A stretch of DNA of 64,000 nucleotides from an uncultured virus (IMG/VR IMGVR_UViG_3300036770_007242) (Duplodnaviria > Heunggongvirae > Uroviricota > Caudoviricetes): IMG/VR virus record IMGVR_UViG_3300036770_007242, one strand, 5' to 3'. This document shows, in pieces, positions 9,086-19,624 of this stretch. A model generated the notes under the pieces. It was not told the origin of the DNA. It did no database searches and worked only from the letters and a program-made list of their open reading frames with translations. Positions within the stretch are counted from its first letter, which is position 1, and each line of letters opens with the position of its first letter. The position numbers were made by a program, and so were the translations under genes.

Positions 9086-12000
9086 ATGGCTAAAAAAGAA
9101 AAGAGTTTTTATCAGCGACTGACGAGATTATTTCGCAGCGGTCCAGCAATACGTAGAAAGATTCGTGGTCAGGACTATAAAAACTTCTACGACAATCAAG
9201 TAGTTCAAAACAACCTTGGCTATTATGGTGCTGCTGGATTTAAGCGTGAGGCATCTCCATTTTCTGTTATGGGTGCATACGGTATTCTTGATCGTATGTC
9301 TCGTTATGCTGAGTTTGCAGAAATGGAAAACTGCTTGCATGGTGATACAAAGATTGCTGTGCCGGGAGGATATAAAACTCTTAAGCAGCTCACAGAAGAA
9401 TATGGTCTTGAAAAAGAATTTATTGTTTATTCTTATGACCACAATAAAAAAGCGATTGTTCCAGCAGTAGCTCGTCAAGCAAGACATACAACAACAACAC
9501 ATGCTTATCGTGTGGTTTTTGATAACGGTAAAGAAATCGTTGGAACAGAAGACCATCGTTTAATGAAACGTGATGGTACATATTGCGAGATTCGTGATCT
9601 TAAACCCGGTGATGCAATGATGCCTTTTTATCGCCGTTCATTGGTTGGAAAAGAAACAGGTCCAGAACTTCAAGATAACTGTTATCAGTTAATCTATACT
9701 ATGAACAAAGAAGATAGTCCATCTAGATGGATTGCTGAACATAGATTACTGGGCAAGTTTGTAGCTGGTAGATCGCTAGAGTTAAACGAGGTTGTTCATC
9801 ACAAAAACTTTAAAGCCCATGATAATCGTCTAGAAAACTTGGAAATAATGACCGAAACCGATCATCAAGCTTTACACGCAAAAACATTGAACGGCAAAAA
9901 ATGGGACAAAGAAACTAACCATGATTGGATTGCAAAGTTCAAAGAACGTCATTCCGCATGGATGAAAGAAAATAATCCAGCAGAAAGAAAAGATATCAAG
10001 TTTGAAAGAATACTTCAATGGTGTGATGAAAATAGTTTTAACCTTTATGCAGTTGCAAGAGCTTTCGATACAGATATAAACACTATTAAGAGAAAGTTGA
10101 AGACAAAAGGTTTTGAGAACTTTGTGTCTTTTGCAAAAGCTTATTGTTCTGGTTGGAAACCATATAACGGAGAAAATCAAGGGGCAAACAACAATCGTTA
10201 TCTACACGACTTAACTTTTGAAAAAATCTGCAATGCATATTCAAAAGGTTTAAGCCAACGAAATCTTGCCAAACGTTTAAACGTTTCAGTTATTCCAATA
10301 AATGCAAGACTTAAAGAAAATGGGTTTAATAACTGGAAAGAGTTTGCTTCAACCTATGAAAATCTAAAAGTTGTAAGTGTCGAATATTATGGCGTTACAG
10401 ACTTGTATGATATCACTGTTGACGGCTTTAAAAACTTTGCAACCGATTCTTTAATCGCCCATAACACAGCAGACATTGCGACAGCATTAAACGTTTATGC
10501 CGACGAATCTTGTGCCACAGACGAAAATGGTAGAACCTTTCACATTTACAGCGATGTTCCACAAATCCAACGTGCATTAGAAGAACTGTTTTATGACGTA
10601 ATGAATATCGAGTTTAATGCCAGACGTATGGTTCGTAACCTTGTTAAAAACGGTGACTACTTCATGTATGTTGAAGTTGTACCAGACTACGGTGTTATCA
10701 ACGTAGAACCTTTACCAGTAAACGAAGTAGAACGTGAAGAAGGTTTTGATAAGCATGACCCATATGCTGTTAGATTCCGTCTTATCACAAGAGGCGGCAA
10801 GTATCTAGAAAACTGGCAAATGCTACATTTCCGTATTCTTGGCAACGACTTGTTTCTTCCATATGGTACAAGCTTTCTAGAGTCTGCAAGAAGACCTTGG
10901 AGACAGCTAACCATGATGGAAGACAGCATGTTGGTTTACCGTCTTGTACGCTCTCCAGAACGCAGAGTGTTTTATGTAGACGTATCAGCAGTGCATCCAA
11001 ACGATATTCCAAGCTATATGGAAGCTGTTAAAGAGTCTATGCGTGGAGCAAGTGTTATCGAGCAACAAACAGGTCGTCAAGACTTTAGATATAACCCTCT
11101 TGCTATTGATGAAGATTATTTCTTGCCAACCAGACCAAACAATCAAACCAAGATTGAATCCTTGGCTGGAGGACAAAATGCTACAGCTATCGAAGACGTA
11201 GAATATATTCACAAGAAGCTTATTGCTGCTTTGATGGTACCAAAAGCTTATCTTACCTATGATGAAGCTATTTCTTCTAAAGCAACATTAGCTCAAGAAG
11301 ATATTAGGTTTTCTAGAACAGTTGGTCAGTTGCAAAAGATTTTGATTGCAGAACTAAACAAGCTTGCAATGATTCATCTTTATGCGCTTGGATTTTCGGG
11401 TGATGATTTATTGAACTTTGATTTAAAGTTTTCTAATCCATCAACTGTTGCGGTGCAACAAAAACTAGCTCTTATTTCTAGCAAGCTTGAGATTGCAGCC
11501 AAAGCTTTAGAGTTATCAAAAGAAACTGGCTTGCTAAGTTTTAACTACATTCAAACCGAGATTCTTAGCTTGCGCCCAGAACAAATCAATATAATCAAAC
11601 AAGAAGCTCGGCAAGACCAAGTTACAATGGCAGAGCTTAAAAAGATTGCAGAGAATCCTCCGTTTGATAAAAGCATTGACAGTAATATTGACATCTTTGA
11701 CAAAAGCAACTATGAAGTTCCCACTTCACCATACAGCCCAGACAAAAAAGAAGTTCGTAAGCTTGAACAACAAAATCAAGAACAAGAGCAAGAGTATCAA
11801 GCTCGTCGAGCAAAAGAGCGTGAAGAAAAATCTGGGAACAACAGTGGTGCTCCTATACGCTTTAGTCCAACACCCAACCTAGATAAGAGTTTTAGAAAGT
11901 CTAGAAGAAGCAAAGCGTTTACTGGAGACAGGGCACTTGTTATGCCAGACTTCAAAAAAATGTTGGATATCACAAATAATCGTTATGCAAAAGATCCATT

Positions 12001-12241
12001 CGACACAGAATCAATACGCAAGTTTGTGTTAGAAGAATCCGAGATGGAAAAAAGTCTTTTCAACACGAACGACCGTTTGCCATTTGGTTTGACAAAAGAA
12101 ATGCAAACATCGCTTAGAAAGCTTAACGAAGCATTATATCCCAAGCGTGTTGGTTCCGATGTAGAAGTTGTTAACAATACCAAAGAAGACGAAGTTAACG
12201 ACGAATTATTCCTTATAGAAAAAGAGTTGAAATCAGAATAG
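9086..12241 (+). CDS. T4 gp20-like portal protein with intein
   Basis: RYAEFAEME..ALNVYADE, HFR, PYGTSFLE, MEDSMLVYRLVRSPERRVFYVDV, EDYFLP, LAQEDIRF. Confidence 0.95.
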   Translation: MAKKEKSFYQRLTRLFRSGPAIRRKIRGQDYKNFYDNQVVQNNLGYYGAAGFKREASPFSVMGAYGILDRMSRYAEFAEMENCLHGDTKIAVPGGYKTLKQLTEEYGLEKEFIVYSYDHNKKAIVPAVARQARHTTTTHAYRVVFDNGKEIVGTEDHRLMKRDGTYCEIRDLKPGDAMMPFYRRSLVGKETGPELQDNCYQLIYTMNKEDSPSRWIAEHRLLGKFVAGRSLELNEVVHHKNFKAHDNRLENLEIMTETDHQALHAKTLNGKKWDKETNHDWIAKFKERHSAWMKENNPAERKDIKFERILQWCDENSFNLYAVARAFDTDINTIKRKLKTKGFENFVSFAKAYCSGWKPYNGENQGANNNRYLHDLTFEKICNAYSKGLSQRNLAKRLNVSVIPINARLKENGFNNWKEFASTYENLKVVSVEYYGVTDLYDITVDGFKNFATDSLIAHNTADIATALNVYADESCATDENGRTFHIYSDVPQIQRALEELFYDVMNIEFNARRMVRNLVKNGDYFMYVEVVPDYGVINVEPLPVNEVEREEGFDKHDPYAVRFRLITRGGKYLENWQMLHFRILGNDLFLPYGTSFLESARRPWRQLTMMEDSMLVYRLVRSPERRVFYVDVSAVHPNDIPSYMEAVKESMRGASVIEQQTGRQDFRYNPLAIDEDYFLPTRPNNQTKIESLAGGQNATAIEDVEYIHKKLIAALMVPKAYLTYDEAISSKATLAQEDIRFSRTVGQLQKILIAELNKLAMIHLYALGFSGDDLLNFDLKFSNPSTVAVQQKLALISSKLEIAAKALELSKETGLLSFNYIQTEILSLRPEQINIIKQEARQDQVTMAELKKIAENPPFDKSIDSNIDIFDKSNYEVPTSPYSPDKKEVRKLEQQNQEQEQEYQARRAKEREEKSGNNSGAPIRFSPTPNLDKSFRKSRRSKAFTGDRALVMPDFKKMLDITNNRYAKDPFDTESIRKFVLEESEMEKSLFNTNDRLPFGLTKEMQTSLRKLNEALYPKRVGSDVEVVNNTKEDEVNDELFLIEKELKSE
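9332..10465 (+). mobile_element. 378-aa intein with HNH endonuclease domain, inside portal
   Basis: N-terminal CLHGDT, block B GTEDHRL, HNH core EHRL..VVHHKN...DNRLENL, block F/G YDITV...NF...AHN followed by +1 Thr. Confidence 0.93.
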
Positions 12242-12307
12242 ATGTTCTATTTATGAAACAGCTAGCGGCAAGCAGCTATCTAATATATCTGTAAGCAAGG
12301 TAAAAGA

Positions 12308-13180
12308 ATGCAAAAGCTAAAACACAACAAGAAACGAAACACTGGGTTACTATACGAGTTCTTCGCACGATACATCGGCAAAGCTGTTCTAGATGGAAGA
12401 GACTCCGATATCACCAAAGCAAAAACGTTACTTAAAAAACACTTTAACAGAGGAACAGACACTTACAAAGAGCTAAAGCTTTTTAAGGCATTGTCTGAAA
12501 GTAACGTTGCTAGCCGTGAACAAGCTTTATACCTCATTAATAGAGTTCGTGAATCAGTAAAGCTTCAAAGTCAAGCAAGACTGGATTTAGAAAAAACAAG
12601 CTTGATTCATGAAGTGAATGCAAATCTAAACGCAGAACTCTTCTTTGAAGAAACAATTCCAGACTACAAAAAACTTGCAACCATTCAAGTACTATTAAAT
12701 ACTTGGAGAGATGAAACTCTTAAAGAAGCTGTTTCTGAAACGGTACAACTTGAAGAACGACTTGTTGAGTTTATGCTGGAGAAACGTATCTCAGCAGAAC
12801 AAGTTAATGAAGCTGCTAACATGACAAACGAAGACGTTGATCGTCTTGTTGTTAACATCATGGCAGAAAAAGTTAACAAAAAGTATACCAATCTTAACTT
12901 GGAACAAAAAGACATTATTCGTTTGTTTGTGTTTAGCAAAGACGATGCAGCAGCCAAAACTCAACTGGTAGAAAGCTTGGATAAGCTTAAGAAACGTTTT
13001 ATTGGAACTGTAGCTGCACACTCACATGAGTTTTCTGGTGACACTGTTTTGTTAAATAAACTAAACGAAATACGTGTCACCCTTCAAAAAGACTACAATG
13101 ATACTTCAGTTATTACTGAAGAACTTGTAACCTTCTATCTTGGCTTATCAAAACTAGAAGGAGAGGTTAAAGCAAAATGA
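12308..13180 (+). CDS. conserved head-module hypothetical protein
   Basis: 290 aa starting KHNKKRNTGLLYE, between portal and protease. Confidence 0.8.
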   Translation: MQKLKHNKKRNTGLLYEFFARYIGKAVLDGRDSDITKAKTLLKKHFNRGTDTYKELKLFKALSESNVASREQALYLINRVRESVKLQSQARLDLEKTSLIHEVNANLNAELFFEETIPDYKKLATIQVLLNTWRDETLKEAVSETVQLEERLVEFMLEKRISAEQVNEAANMTNEDVDRLVVNIMAEKVNKKYTNLNLEQKDIIRLFVFSKDDAAAKTQLVESLDKLKKRFIGTVAAHSHEFSGDTVLLNKLNEIRVTLQKDYNDTSVITEELVTFYLGLSKLEGEVKAK

Positions 13181-13788
13181 GCGATAAAAAGTTTCTTCTC
13201 AAAGAGTTTACAGCCTTTGAGTATAATGACGACGATGCCAGCAAGTACGAAGAAGGTAAACCATTAATCCTTAATGGTGTTCTTCAAAAAGCAAATACAC
13301 TCAACCAAAATGGTCGTGTATACCCAAGACATATTCTTGAACGTGAAATTCGTAACTACGAAAAACTTATTCGTGAGAACCGTGCATTTGGTGAACTTGA
13401 CCATGCTAACGAACCAATCGTAAACATGAAAAACATCTCTCACGTTATTCGTGAGATTTGGATGGAAGGTGATATAGTGTACGGAAAAGTAGAGATTCTA
13501 CCAACTCCATCTGGAAAGATTATTGAAGCTCTTATTACTCGTAAGTGTAAACCAGGAATCTCTAGCAGAGCACTAGGTTCTCTCCAAAGAGAAAACAACG
13601 TTAACGTTGTTCAAGATGACTTACAAATTATTTGCTGGGACTTTGTGAGTGAGCCAAGTACTCCAGGTGCGTTTATGATGGCAGAAGCTAAACAGTATGA
13701 TGCCAGTATTGTAAAAAACATATTCACCAAAAGCGATCTTGTAGACCGTGCAGCAAATGAAATATTAGCTTTACGCAAAAAACCTTGA
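13177..13788 (+). CDS. T4 gp21-like prohead core protease
   Basis: NQNGRVYP, GELDH, ISH, TPSG, GISSRALGS, DFVSEPS. Confidence 0.95.
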   Translation: MSDKKFLLKEFTAFEYNDDDASKYEEGKPLILNGVLQKANTLNQNGRVYPRHILEREIRNYEKLIRENRAFGELDHANEPIVNMKNISHVIREIWMEGDIVYGKVEILPTPSGKIIEALITRKCKPGISSRALGSLQRENNVNVVQDDLQIICWDFVSEPSTPGAFMMAEAKQYDASIVKNIFTKSDLVDRAANEILALRKKP

Positions 13789-13827
13789 AACAATCTATAG
13801 CTGTTAGCCAATAAGAAATAACATACC

Positions 13828-14364
13828 ATGAAGATTCAAAAAACAGAGTTCAAAGCAATCGTTAAAGAATGCCTAAAAGAGTTGGTTGCTGAAGGTGCAT
13901 TAGATCATATGGTTGGTGGAATGCTTGCTGAACGTGCAAACATTTTACAACAACGAAATGTTATGCAAGATCCAAGAATAAAGATGGCTGCTGGAGGCAA
14001 TCCTATTATGGAACAAATATTTGCTGACACAGCTGTTACTTCACTTCCAATGCAACAACAAGGTATTATGCCAAATGGAATGACTCTTCCTGCTGGAGTT
14101 AATCTTGCATTACTTGGAGAAAATACAGCACCTTCTTCTCCTTCTTTTGGTTATGTTCCACAAGGACGTAATCCTCTTCCTCCAAGAGATCCAAATGCTG
14201 TTGCAGCACTTCAGCAACAATATCAGCAGCAACAGACTCAACAGAATTCTGCTTCAACTTGGGCACGTTTAGCTTTTAACTCACCAATAAGCAATCGTCC
14301 TGGTGGACCTAGAGGCACAGGCGAAGGTCATCTTCCTGGTGCTAAAAAGGGTAGTTTCGAATAA
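13828..14364 (+). CDS. hypothetical protein, probable head core/internal protein
   Basis: MKIQKTEFKAIVKECLKE leader, Q/P-rich body. Confidence 0.7.
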   Translation: MKIQKTEFKAIVKECLKELVAEGALDHMVGGMLAERANILQQRNVMQDPRIKMAAGGNPIMEQIFADTAVTSLPMQQQGIMPNGMTLPAGVNLALLGENTAPSSPSFGYVPQGRNPLPPRDPNAVAALQQQYQQQQTQQNSASTWARLAFNSPISNRPGGPRGTGEGHLPGAKKGSFE

Positions 14365-14437
14365 TCTCGTCTAAAATACAACTTGATCTATAGTTATTCT
14401 TGTAGAACAATACATTCATCTACAAGGAGAATAGATC

Positions 14438-15073
14438 ATGGCAACAAGAACCGATTACGAAACAACAACACCACCAGCGTCGATGAATGTTGGTACTGGT
14501 CTAAACGCAACATATCTTGGAAAAAGAAATGATGCCGGGCTAATCGATGCATTTGATACCCCAAGCGGTGCAGCAGGTGCTCCCAGAAATACGCTAGACG
14601 GGCAGAGGGAGCTTCTAAGAGTCGCAAAAGAAAAAATGGAAGCATATAACGGCGAAAACGCTATGTTTCCACAATATCGTAGAAGTTTTGAACCACAAGC
14701 CGTTGCTGGTGGAAGTCTTGATCCTGAATATGTTGCGGTAAGAGACAAAAGTACTGTTACTGTTGGTGTTGGAACAGGTCTTGGAACACCATATTCTCCA
14801 ACTATTGCATCTCCCGGCGAAGCAGCTGGTATTAATCCAACAAACCTAGCAGTTGTTTCTAGTAGCATCAACGGCGCAGTGCCCGAACCTTTCGACAATC
14901 CAAGCGTCGAAGTGCATCAAAACGTAGACAGTCTGGGAAGAGTAGACGGTGTTGCACCAAATGAAAAGGTTACAGGAAAAGTGCGTAGATTTACTCTTGG
15001 TGTTGGTTCTGGTGGTTCTGGTACACCAACTGAACAAAGAGCCCGTGGCCAGTTTCCCCGTCCATTAACGTGA
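14438..15073 (+). CDS. hypothetical virion protein
   Basis: 211 aa, G/T/P-rich, AGGAG RBS, in the head module. Confidence 0.7.
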   Translation: MATRTDYETTTPPASMNVGTGLNATYLGKRNDAGLIDAFDTPSGAAGAPRNTLDGQRELLRVAKEKMEAYNGENAMFPQYRRSFEPQAVAGGSLDPEYVAVRDKSTVTVGVGTGLGTPYSPTIASPGEAAGINPTNLAVVSSSINGAVPEPFDNPSVEVHQNVDSLGRVDGVAPNEKVTGKVRRFTLGVGSGGSGTPTEQRARGQFPRPLT

Positions 15074-15129
15074 AATATTTCCTTTGCCAAGCATATATAA
15101 GATTAAGTGAGTTTTAGGAGCTTATAGAT

Positions 15130-17466
15130 ATGTCAACACCCTTGTACCAAGAAGCATTGATTGAAGCAAAGAAGCTTCGTGAGGCAGCAGCAGCAGAAGC
15201 AAAAAATGCAGTGTTAGAAGCAGTTCAACCATTAATTAAACAAATGATTGATAAAGAAATCTCAGGGATTATCTTGGAACAAGAGGAACCACCTCCTGCA
15301 CCAGAAGCTTCTGCTGATGCACCTCCACCCCCTCCACCACCACCATCTCCAGACGCAGGTTCAACAGGACCAATTGATGCGGCAGCCCCAGGTGGTGCTG
15401 AAGTCAAACCACCAATGCCAGGAATGACACCAGCAGTTTCTGCTGCTGCACCACCAATCAAAACTCCTGGTTCAGATGTTATTGGTAAAATTGATATTGG
15501 ACCAGCTGGAGAACAACAAATCGTTATTCCTGTAGATGCTCTTTTCCAAAAAGAAACAACACCAGCAGCAACAGGTACAGTAGAAACTCCAGCAGCAGTA
15601 TCTCCACCATCCGAGGAAGTAACTCCAGAAGTCATGGCTTCTCCAGAAGGTGCTCCACCTCCACCATCACCAGAAGCTGCACCAGGAGCAGAACCTCCAC
15701 CACCAGAATCTCTTGCAGAAATTTATCGTGCAGTGCAAAAACTATTGCGTGAACAAGCTGCCCCAGCCGCTCCTCCAGCAGCTGATCCAGCTGATCCAGC
15801 AGCATTGCCTCCAGCTGGTCCAGCATCTGTACAAACTGAACAACCTGGAGTTCCAGTTAATAATATTGTTGGTGGACCTTCAGCAGTACCAGCAGCACCA
15901 GCAGTACCAGGAGCACCTCCAGCAGCACCTCCAGCAGTACCTCCAGCAGCACCAGGAGCACCTCCAGCAGTACCTCCAGCAGCACCAGGAGCACCTCCAG
16001 CAGTACCAGCAGTACCAGCACCTCCAGCAGTACCAGGACCAATGGATTCAGCAATGGCTGGTCAAGATCCAAATCCTGCACAACCACCTGTTACACCAGC
16101 CCCAGCAGCTGCGGGTGTTCCTGCTCCTGCTGCACCGGCTGCTCCTGCTCCTGTAACAGAATACAAGAATTTCAAAACAAGCCTTGATCGTACAGAAGGT
16201 TTGGTTGAATCACTACGCAACAAGTCTAGTGAAAATGTTTCTTTTCTTAAAGAAGCGTATGAAAAACAATTGTTTTCACTATATAACAACTTGCTTGGTT
16301 TAAAGGCAAAAAATGCAATATCCCCTAGACTATTTTCTTTCAATGAAGACAGATTGGGATTGCTATATGAAAATCTGAACGTAATCACTAGTTATAAGCA
16401 AAATCCACTAGTAAAGGGTAATAAAATGGCAAACAAGAATTCATTGAAAGATTTAGTTAGATCACTTTTCGAAGGCGCAGAAGGTTTTGAAGATGCAGTA
16501 GGCAAGGTTGATCCTGCTGGTGATTCAGAGGGCGGTTCAGCAGAACATGCTCATAGAGTTTCTGGTAATCCAAAGGGTGTCAAAGCTGAAGCCGAAAGTG
16601 CTCCATTCCCAACCAAGCAAAAGAAAGAATGGCCAGGCAAACCATCACCAGAATCTCTTCTAGAACAACTAGAAGAAGAAATCAGTGAACTTATGGGAGA
16701 AATGCAAGAAGAACCCGTTGATGAAGAAGATATGTACAGAGAAAACGACGAAGTTGTTCTTGAGCTCAGTAACGAAGAAGTTATAACGGAAGCACGCAAA
16801 GCTCGTGCACGTCTTAAGGCTCTTCGTGAACAAGCGGAAGACAAGCTTTCACTCACCATTGATCTAGATGGTGTTTCTGGTGAAGACGTTCAAAACGTTA
16901 ATGTATCACTTGATGGTGATGAACTTGACGTTGACATGGACGAAGAAGATATGGGCGGAGAAGATGAAGAACTAGATATGGATATGGGCGCCGAAGAAGA
17001 TATGAGCGCCGAAGAAGATATGGGCGATGAAGAAGTTGAAGTAGAAGAAGATGACGAAGAAGTTGAAGCTCCAGAAGAGGAATCTTCAGAAAAAGCTCTT
17101 ATGGAATCACGCAAGATTGTTCGTAAGGCTGTGAATGAAACCAAGACTCTTCGTGGTCAACTTCATGAAACACAACTTCTCACCGCTCGCTCATTGTATG
17201 TAAACAAGCTTTTCGTGAGGGACGAATTGACCGGGGCACAAAAACGCAAAATCGTTGAGTATCTCGACAGTGCCAACACAATTGCAGAAGCAAAAGAAAT
17301 CTACAACCGTCTTGTTCGTGTACTAAACGCTGGAATGAAAAACGGTGCAATGATTAAAGAATCAGCACAACGTCCAGGTCGTATGCTTACAGAATCATAT
17401 GTAGAACCAAGCTTCGACACTTCACGCTGGCAAATCCTTGCTGGTGTAAAGAGAAACGCAAGATAA
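15130..17466 (+). CDS. prohead scaffold/core protein (gp22-like position)
   Basis: Immediately upstream of MCP. Pro/Ala-rich and acidic tracts, many (I/L)xE sites, C-terminal RWQILAG. Confidence 0.8.
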   Translation: MSTPLYQEALIEAKKLREAAAAEAKNAVLEAVQPLIKQMIDKEISGIILEQEEPPPAPEASADAPPPPPPPPSPDAGSTGPIDAAAPGGAEVKPPMPGMTPAVSAAAPPIKTPGSDVIGKIDIGPAGEQQIVIPVDALFQKETTPAATGTVETPAAVSPPSEEVTPEVMASPEGAPPPPSPEAAPGAEPPPPESLAEIYRAVQKLLREQAAPAAPPAADPADPAALPPAGPASVQTEQPGVPVNNIVGGPSAVPAAPAVPGAPPAAPPAVPPAAPGAPPAVPPAAPGAPPAVPAVPAPPAVPGPMDSAMAGQDPNPAQPPVTPAPAAAGVPAPAAPAAPAPVTEYKNFKTSLDRTEGLVESLRNKSSENVSFLKEAYEKQLFSLYNNLLGLKAKNAISPRLFSFNEDRLGLLYENLNVITSYKQNPLVKGNKMANKNSLKDLVRSLFEGAEGFEDAVGKVDPAGDSEGGSAEHAHRVSGNPKGVKAEAESAPFPTKQKKEWPGKPSPESLLEQLEEEISELMGEMQEEPVDEEDMYRENDEVVLELSNEEVITEARKARARLKALREQAEDKLSLTIDLDGVSGEDVQNVNVSLDGDELDVDMDEEDMGGEDEELDMDMGAEEDMSAEEDMGDEEVEVEEDDEEVEAPEEESSEKALMESRKIVRKAVNETKTLRGQLHETQLLTARSLYVNKLFVRDELTGAQKRKIVEYLDSANTIAEAKEIYNRLVRVLNAGMKNGAMIKESAQRPGRMLTESYVEPSFDTSRWQILAGVKRNAR
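15881..16036. repeat. imperfect coding repeat (PPAVPPAAPGA)n
   Basis: Recurring CCTCCAGCAG(T/C)A and CCAGGAGCA units. Confidence 0.85.
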
Positions 17467-17530
17467 GTGCATAGTTAGAGATAAGTTACCATTTAGGTAC
17501 TATTAAACAACGAATAAGGAGAATTAACAA

Positions 17531-19486
17531 ATGTCACGTACACTAACCCTATCACAACTCGCTGAAGGTATTCAACGTACCGCAGCAACTGCTGGCGATG
17601 AACGCATGGTCGGCAAATGGTCACGCACAGGTCTTCTAGAAGGTCTTTCAAATTCTGGCAAGCAAAAGATGGCTCGCCTTCTTGAAAACCAAGCTGTAGA
17701 AGTTCTCAAGGGTGGCTCTTCAATGCTCAACGAAAGCCTTTCACTCTCAACCGGTGGTGCATCACTTGCATCCTCTGGTCAAGTGGCAGGTTTCACCAAC
17801 GTAGCATTCCCAATCGTACGCCGTGTATTCGCTGGCCTCGTAGCCAACGAAATCGTCAGCGTACAACCAATGAGCCTTCCATCAGGTCTACTCTTCTATC
17901 TAGATTACACCTACGGTTCATACGTCGGTGGTGACGCTGCTACAGCCGCTAACCAATTTTCTACATCAGCAGATCCTGGTGCAGCAACATATGCTCGTGG
18001 TCAATCAGTATACACCAACCCATCCGGTTCAGTAATCCGCACAAGCGGTTCACTCGCCGCTGGTGGTCAATACAACCTCATCGGTTCTGGCTACTCAAAG
18101 GTACACGTACAAGGCAAACTCGCAACAGGCGTAGTTGCTCTTGGTGCATGGACCGGTGGAACAACATGGCTCACAGGTTCATCAGTATCAGCTTCAGCAG
18201 GTTTCGTTGGTTACAACGCACGTTTTGTAGATTATGATCCACTTCTTTCAACAGACGTTGAAAACAGTGTGCTCGATTATACCTTCTTAGTTGTGTCAGC
18301 CTCACAACTAACAACAGCAATCAATGGTGCAGACCTTACCTCGGTTGAACAAATTGCAGTAACAGGTCTTGGTTCATCAACTTCAACCTTTACAGCACCT
18401 CCACAAACTTATCAACAAGGCGAAGCAGTTCTCAACTTCCGTCGCTTTACAAAGCGTGGTAACTGGACTGATGCTGGAACTAGCTCAACCTTTACACCAG
18501 ATCCATTCAACGGTTCACACCTTCTCTTTGCAATGGGCCTTGCAAACGCACAAAGCGTTGCAGCCGTATCTCTCGGTAGCGTAACCACACAAGTAACAGC
18601 TTCAGCACCAATCGCTGACGCTCTCTCAGTTAATTCAGATGGTTCAGCCCTTACCATCCCAAGCTTTGAATCAAACTTCGCTGTTGATGCATCACCACGC
18701 ATCCCAGACGTTGACATCAAAATCGATTCAGTAGCTGTTACAGCAACAACCCGTAAGCTACGTGCACGCTGGTCACCAGAAATGGCCCAAGACCTCACAG
18801 CATTCTACTCAATCGACGTTGAAGCAGAACTCACAAATATCCTTTCTGAAATGATCACATTGGATATCGACCGTGAAATTCTCAACGACCTACTTACACA
18901 AGCTCAAGCAGCTAACTACTTCTGGAGCCGTGCCCCAGGTCGCTTCGTCAACAAGTACACTGGTACCGAAGTTGCTCGTACAAACACTGTATACCCAGGT
19001 CCACAATTCACCGGCACAGTCCGTGAATGGTACGAAACACTTATCGAAACCATCACCGACGCAGCCAACGTCATCCACAAGAAGACTCTTCGTGGTTCAG
19101 GTAACTTCATCGTGTGCTCACCAGAAGTGGGTACCATTCTTGAAGCAACTGTTGCTTACCGTGCCAACTACAAGATCGACGGCGATGGCCAAGTTCGTGA
19201 CAACATGAGCATTGGTGCAGAAGCAGTAGGTACAGTAAACGGTCGCTACAGCGTGTTTGTTGACCCATACTTCCCAGTAAACAAGATCCTTGTTGGTCTT
19301 AAGGGTTCAACCTTCCTTGAAAGCGGTTATATCTACGCTCCATACGTACCACTCATCCTCACCCCCGTAATCTACGGTCAAGAGGACTTTACACCACGTA
19401 AGGGCATCATGACACGTTACGGCAAGAAGATGGTACGTGCAGACTTCTACGCCACCGTGACCTGCCTCGATATGTCAATCATTTGA
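17531..19486 (+). CDS. T4 gp23-like major capsid protein
   Basis: KWSRTGLLEGL, LLENQ, FPIVRRVF, VSVQPMSLPSGLLFY, TRKLRARWSPE, YAPYVP, FTPRKGIMTRYG. Confidence 0.97.
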   Translation: MSRTLTLSQLAEGIQRTAATAGDERMVGKWSRTGLLEGLSNSGKQKMARLLENQAVEVLKGGSSMLNESLSLSTGGASLASSGQVAGFTNVAFPIVRRVFAGLVANEIVSVQPMSLPSGLLFYLDYTYGSYVGGDAATAANQFSTSADPGAATYARGQSVYTNPSGSVIRTSGSLAAGGQYNLIGSGYSKVHVQGKLATGVVALGAWTGGTTWLTGSSVSASAGFVGYNARFVDYDPLLSTDVENSVLDYTFLVVSASQLTTAINGADLTSVEQIAVTGLGSSTSTFTAPPQTYQQGEAVLNFRRFTKRGNWTDAGTSSTFTPDPFNGSHLLFAMGLANAQSVAAVSLGSVTTQVTASAPIADALSVNSDGSALTIPSFESNFAVDASPRIPDVDIKIDSVAVTATTRKLRARWSPEMAQDLTAFYSIDVEAELTNILSEMITLDIDREILNDLLTQAQAANYFWSRAPGRFVNKYTGTEVARTNTVYPGPQFTGTVREWYETLIETITDAANVIHKKTLRGSGNFIVCSPEVGTILEATVAYRANYKIDGDGQVRDNMSIGAEAVGTVNGRYSVFVDPYFPVNKILVGLKGSTFLESGYIYAPYVPLILTPVIYGQEDFTPRKGIMTRYGKKMVRADFYATVTCLDMSII

Positions 19487-19514
19487 AAAAGTCCTGAAAA
19501 ACTAGGATAACAAG

Positions 19515-19551
19515 GAAAGAGCGGGTCAAAAGCCCGCTCTTTCTGCATTTT
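19515..19551 (+). terminator. intrinsic terminator after MCP
   Basis: GAAAGAGCGGG-TCAAAAG-CCCGCTCTTTC followed by TGCATTTT. Confidence 0.8.
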
Positions 19552-19624
19552 AGAGATTAGGCAAAACAAACAATCCATATCCAAAACAGTCTTTGTGTGA
19601 TAATATATATCTAAGAGGTGATAT

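Noticed and set aside
15650..16156. Gln/His-rich 168-aa ORF and antisense Leu/Val-rich ORFs
   Set aside because: Frame shadows of the Pro/Ala repeat in the scaffold gene.
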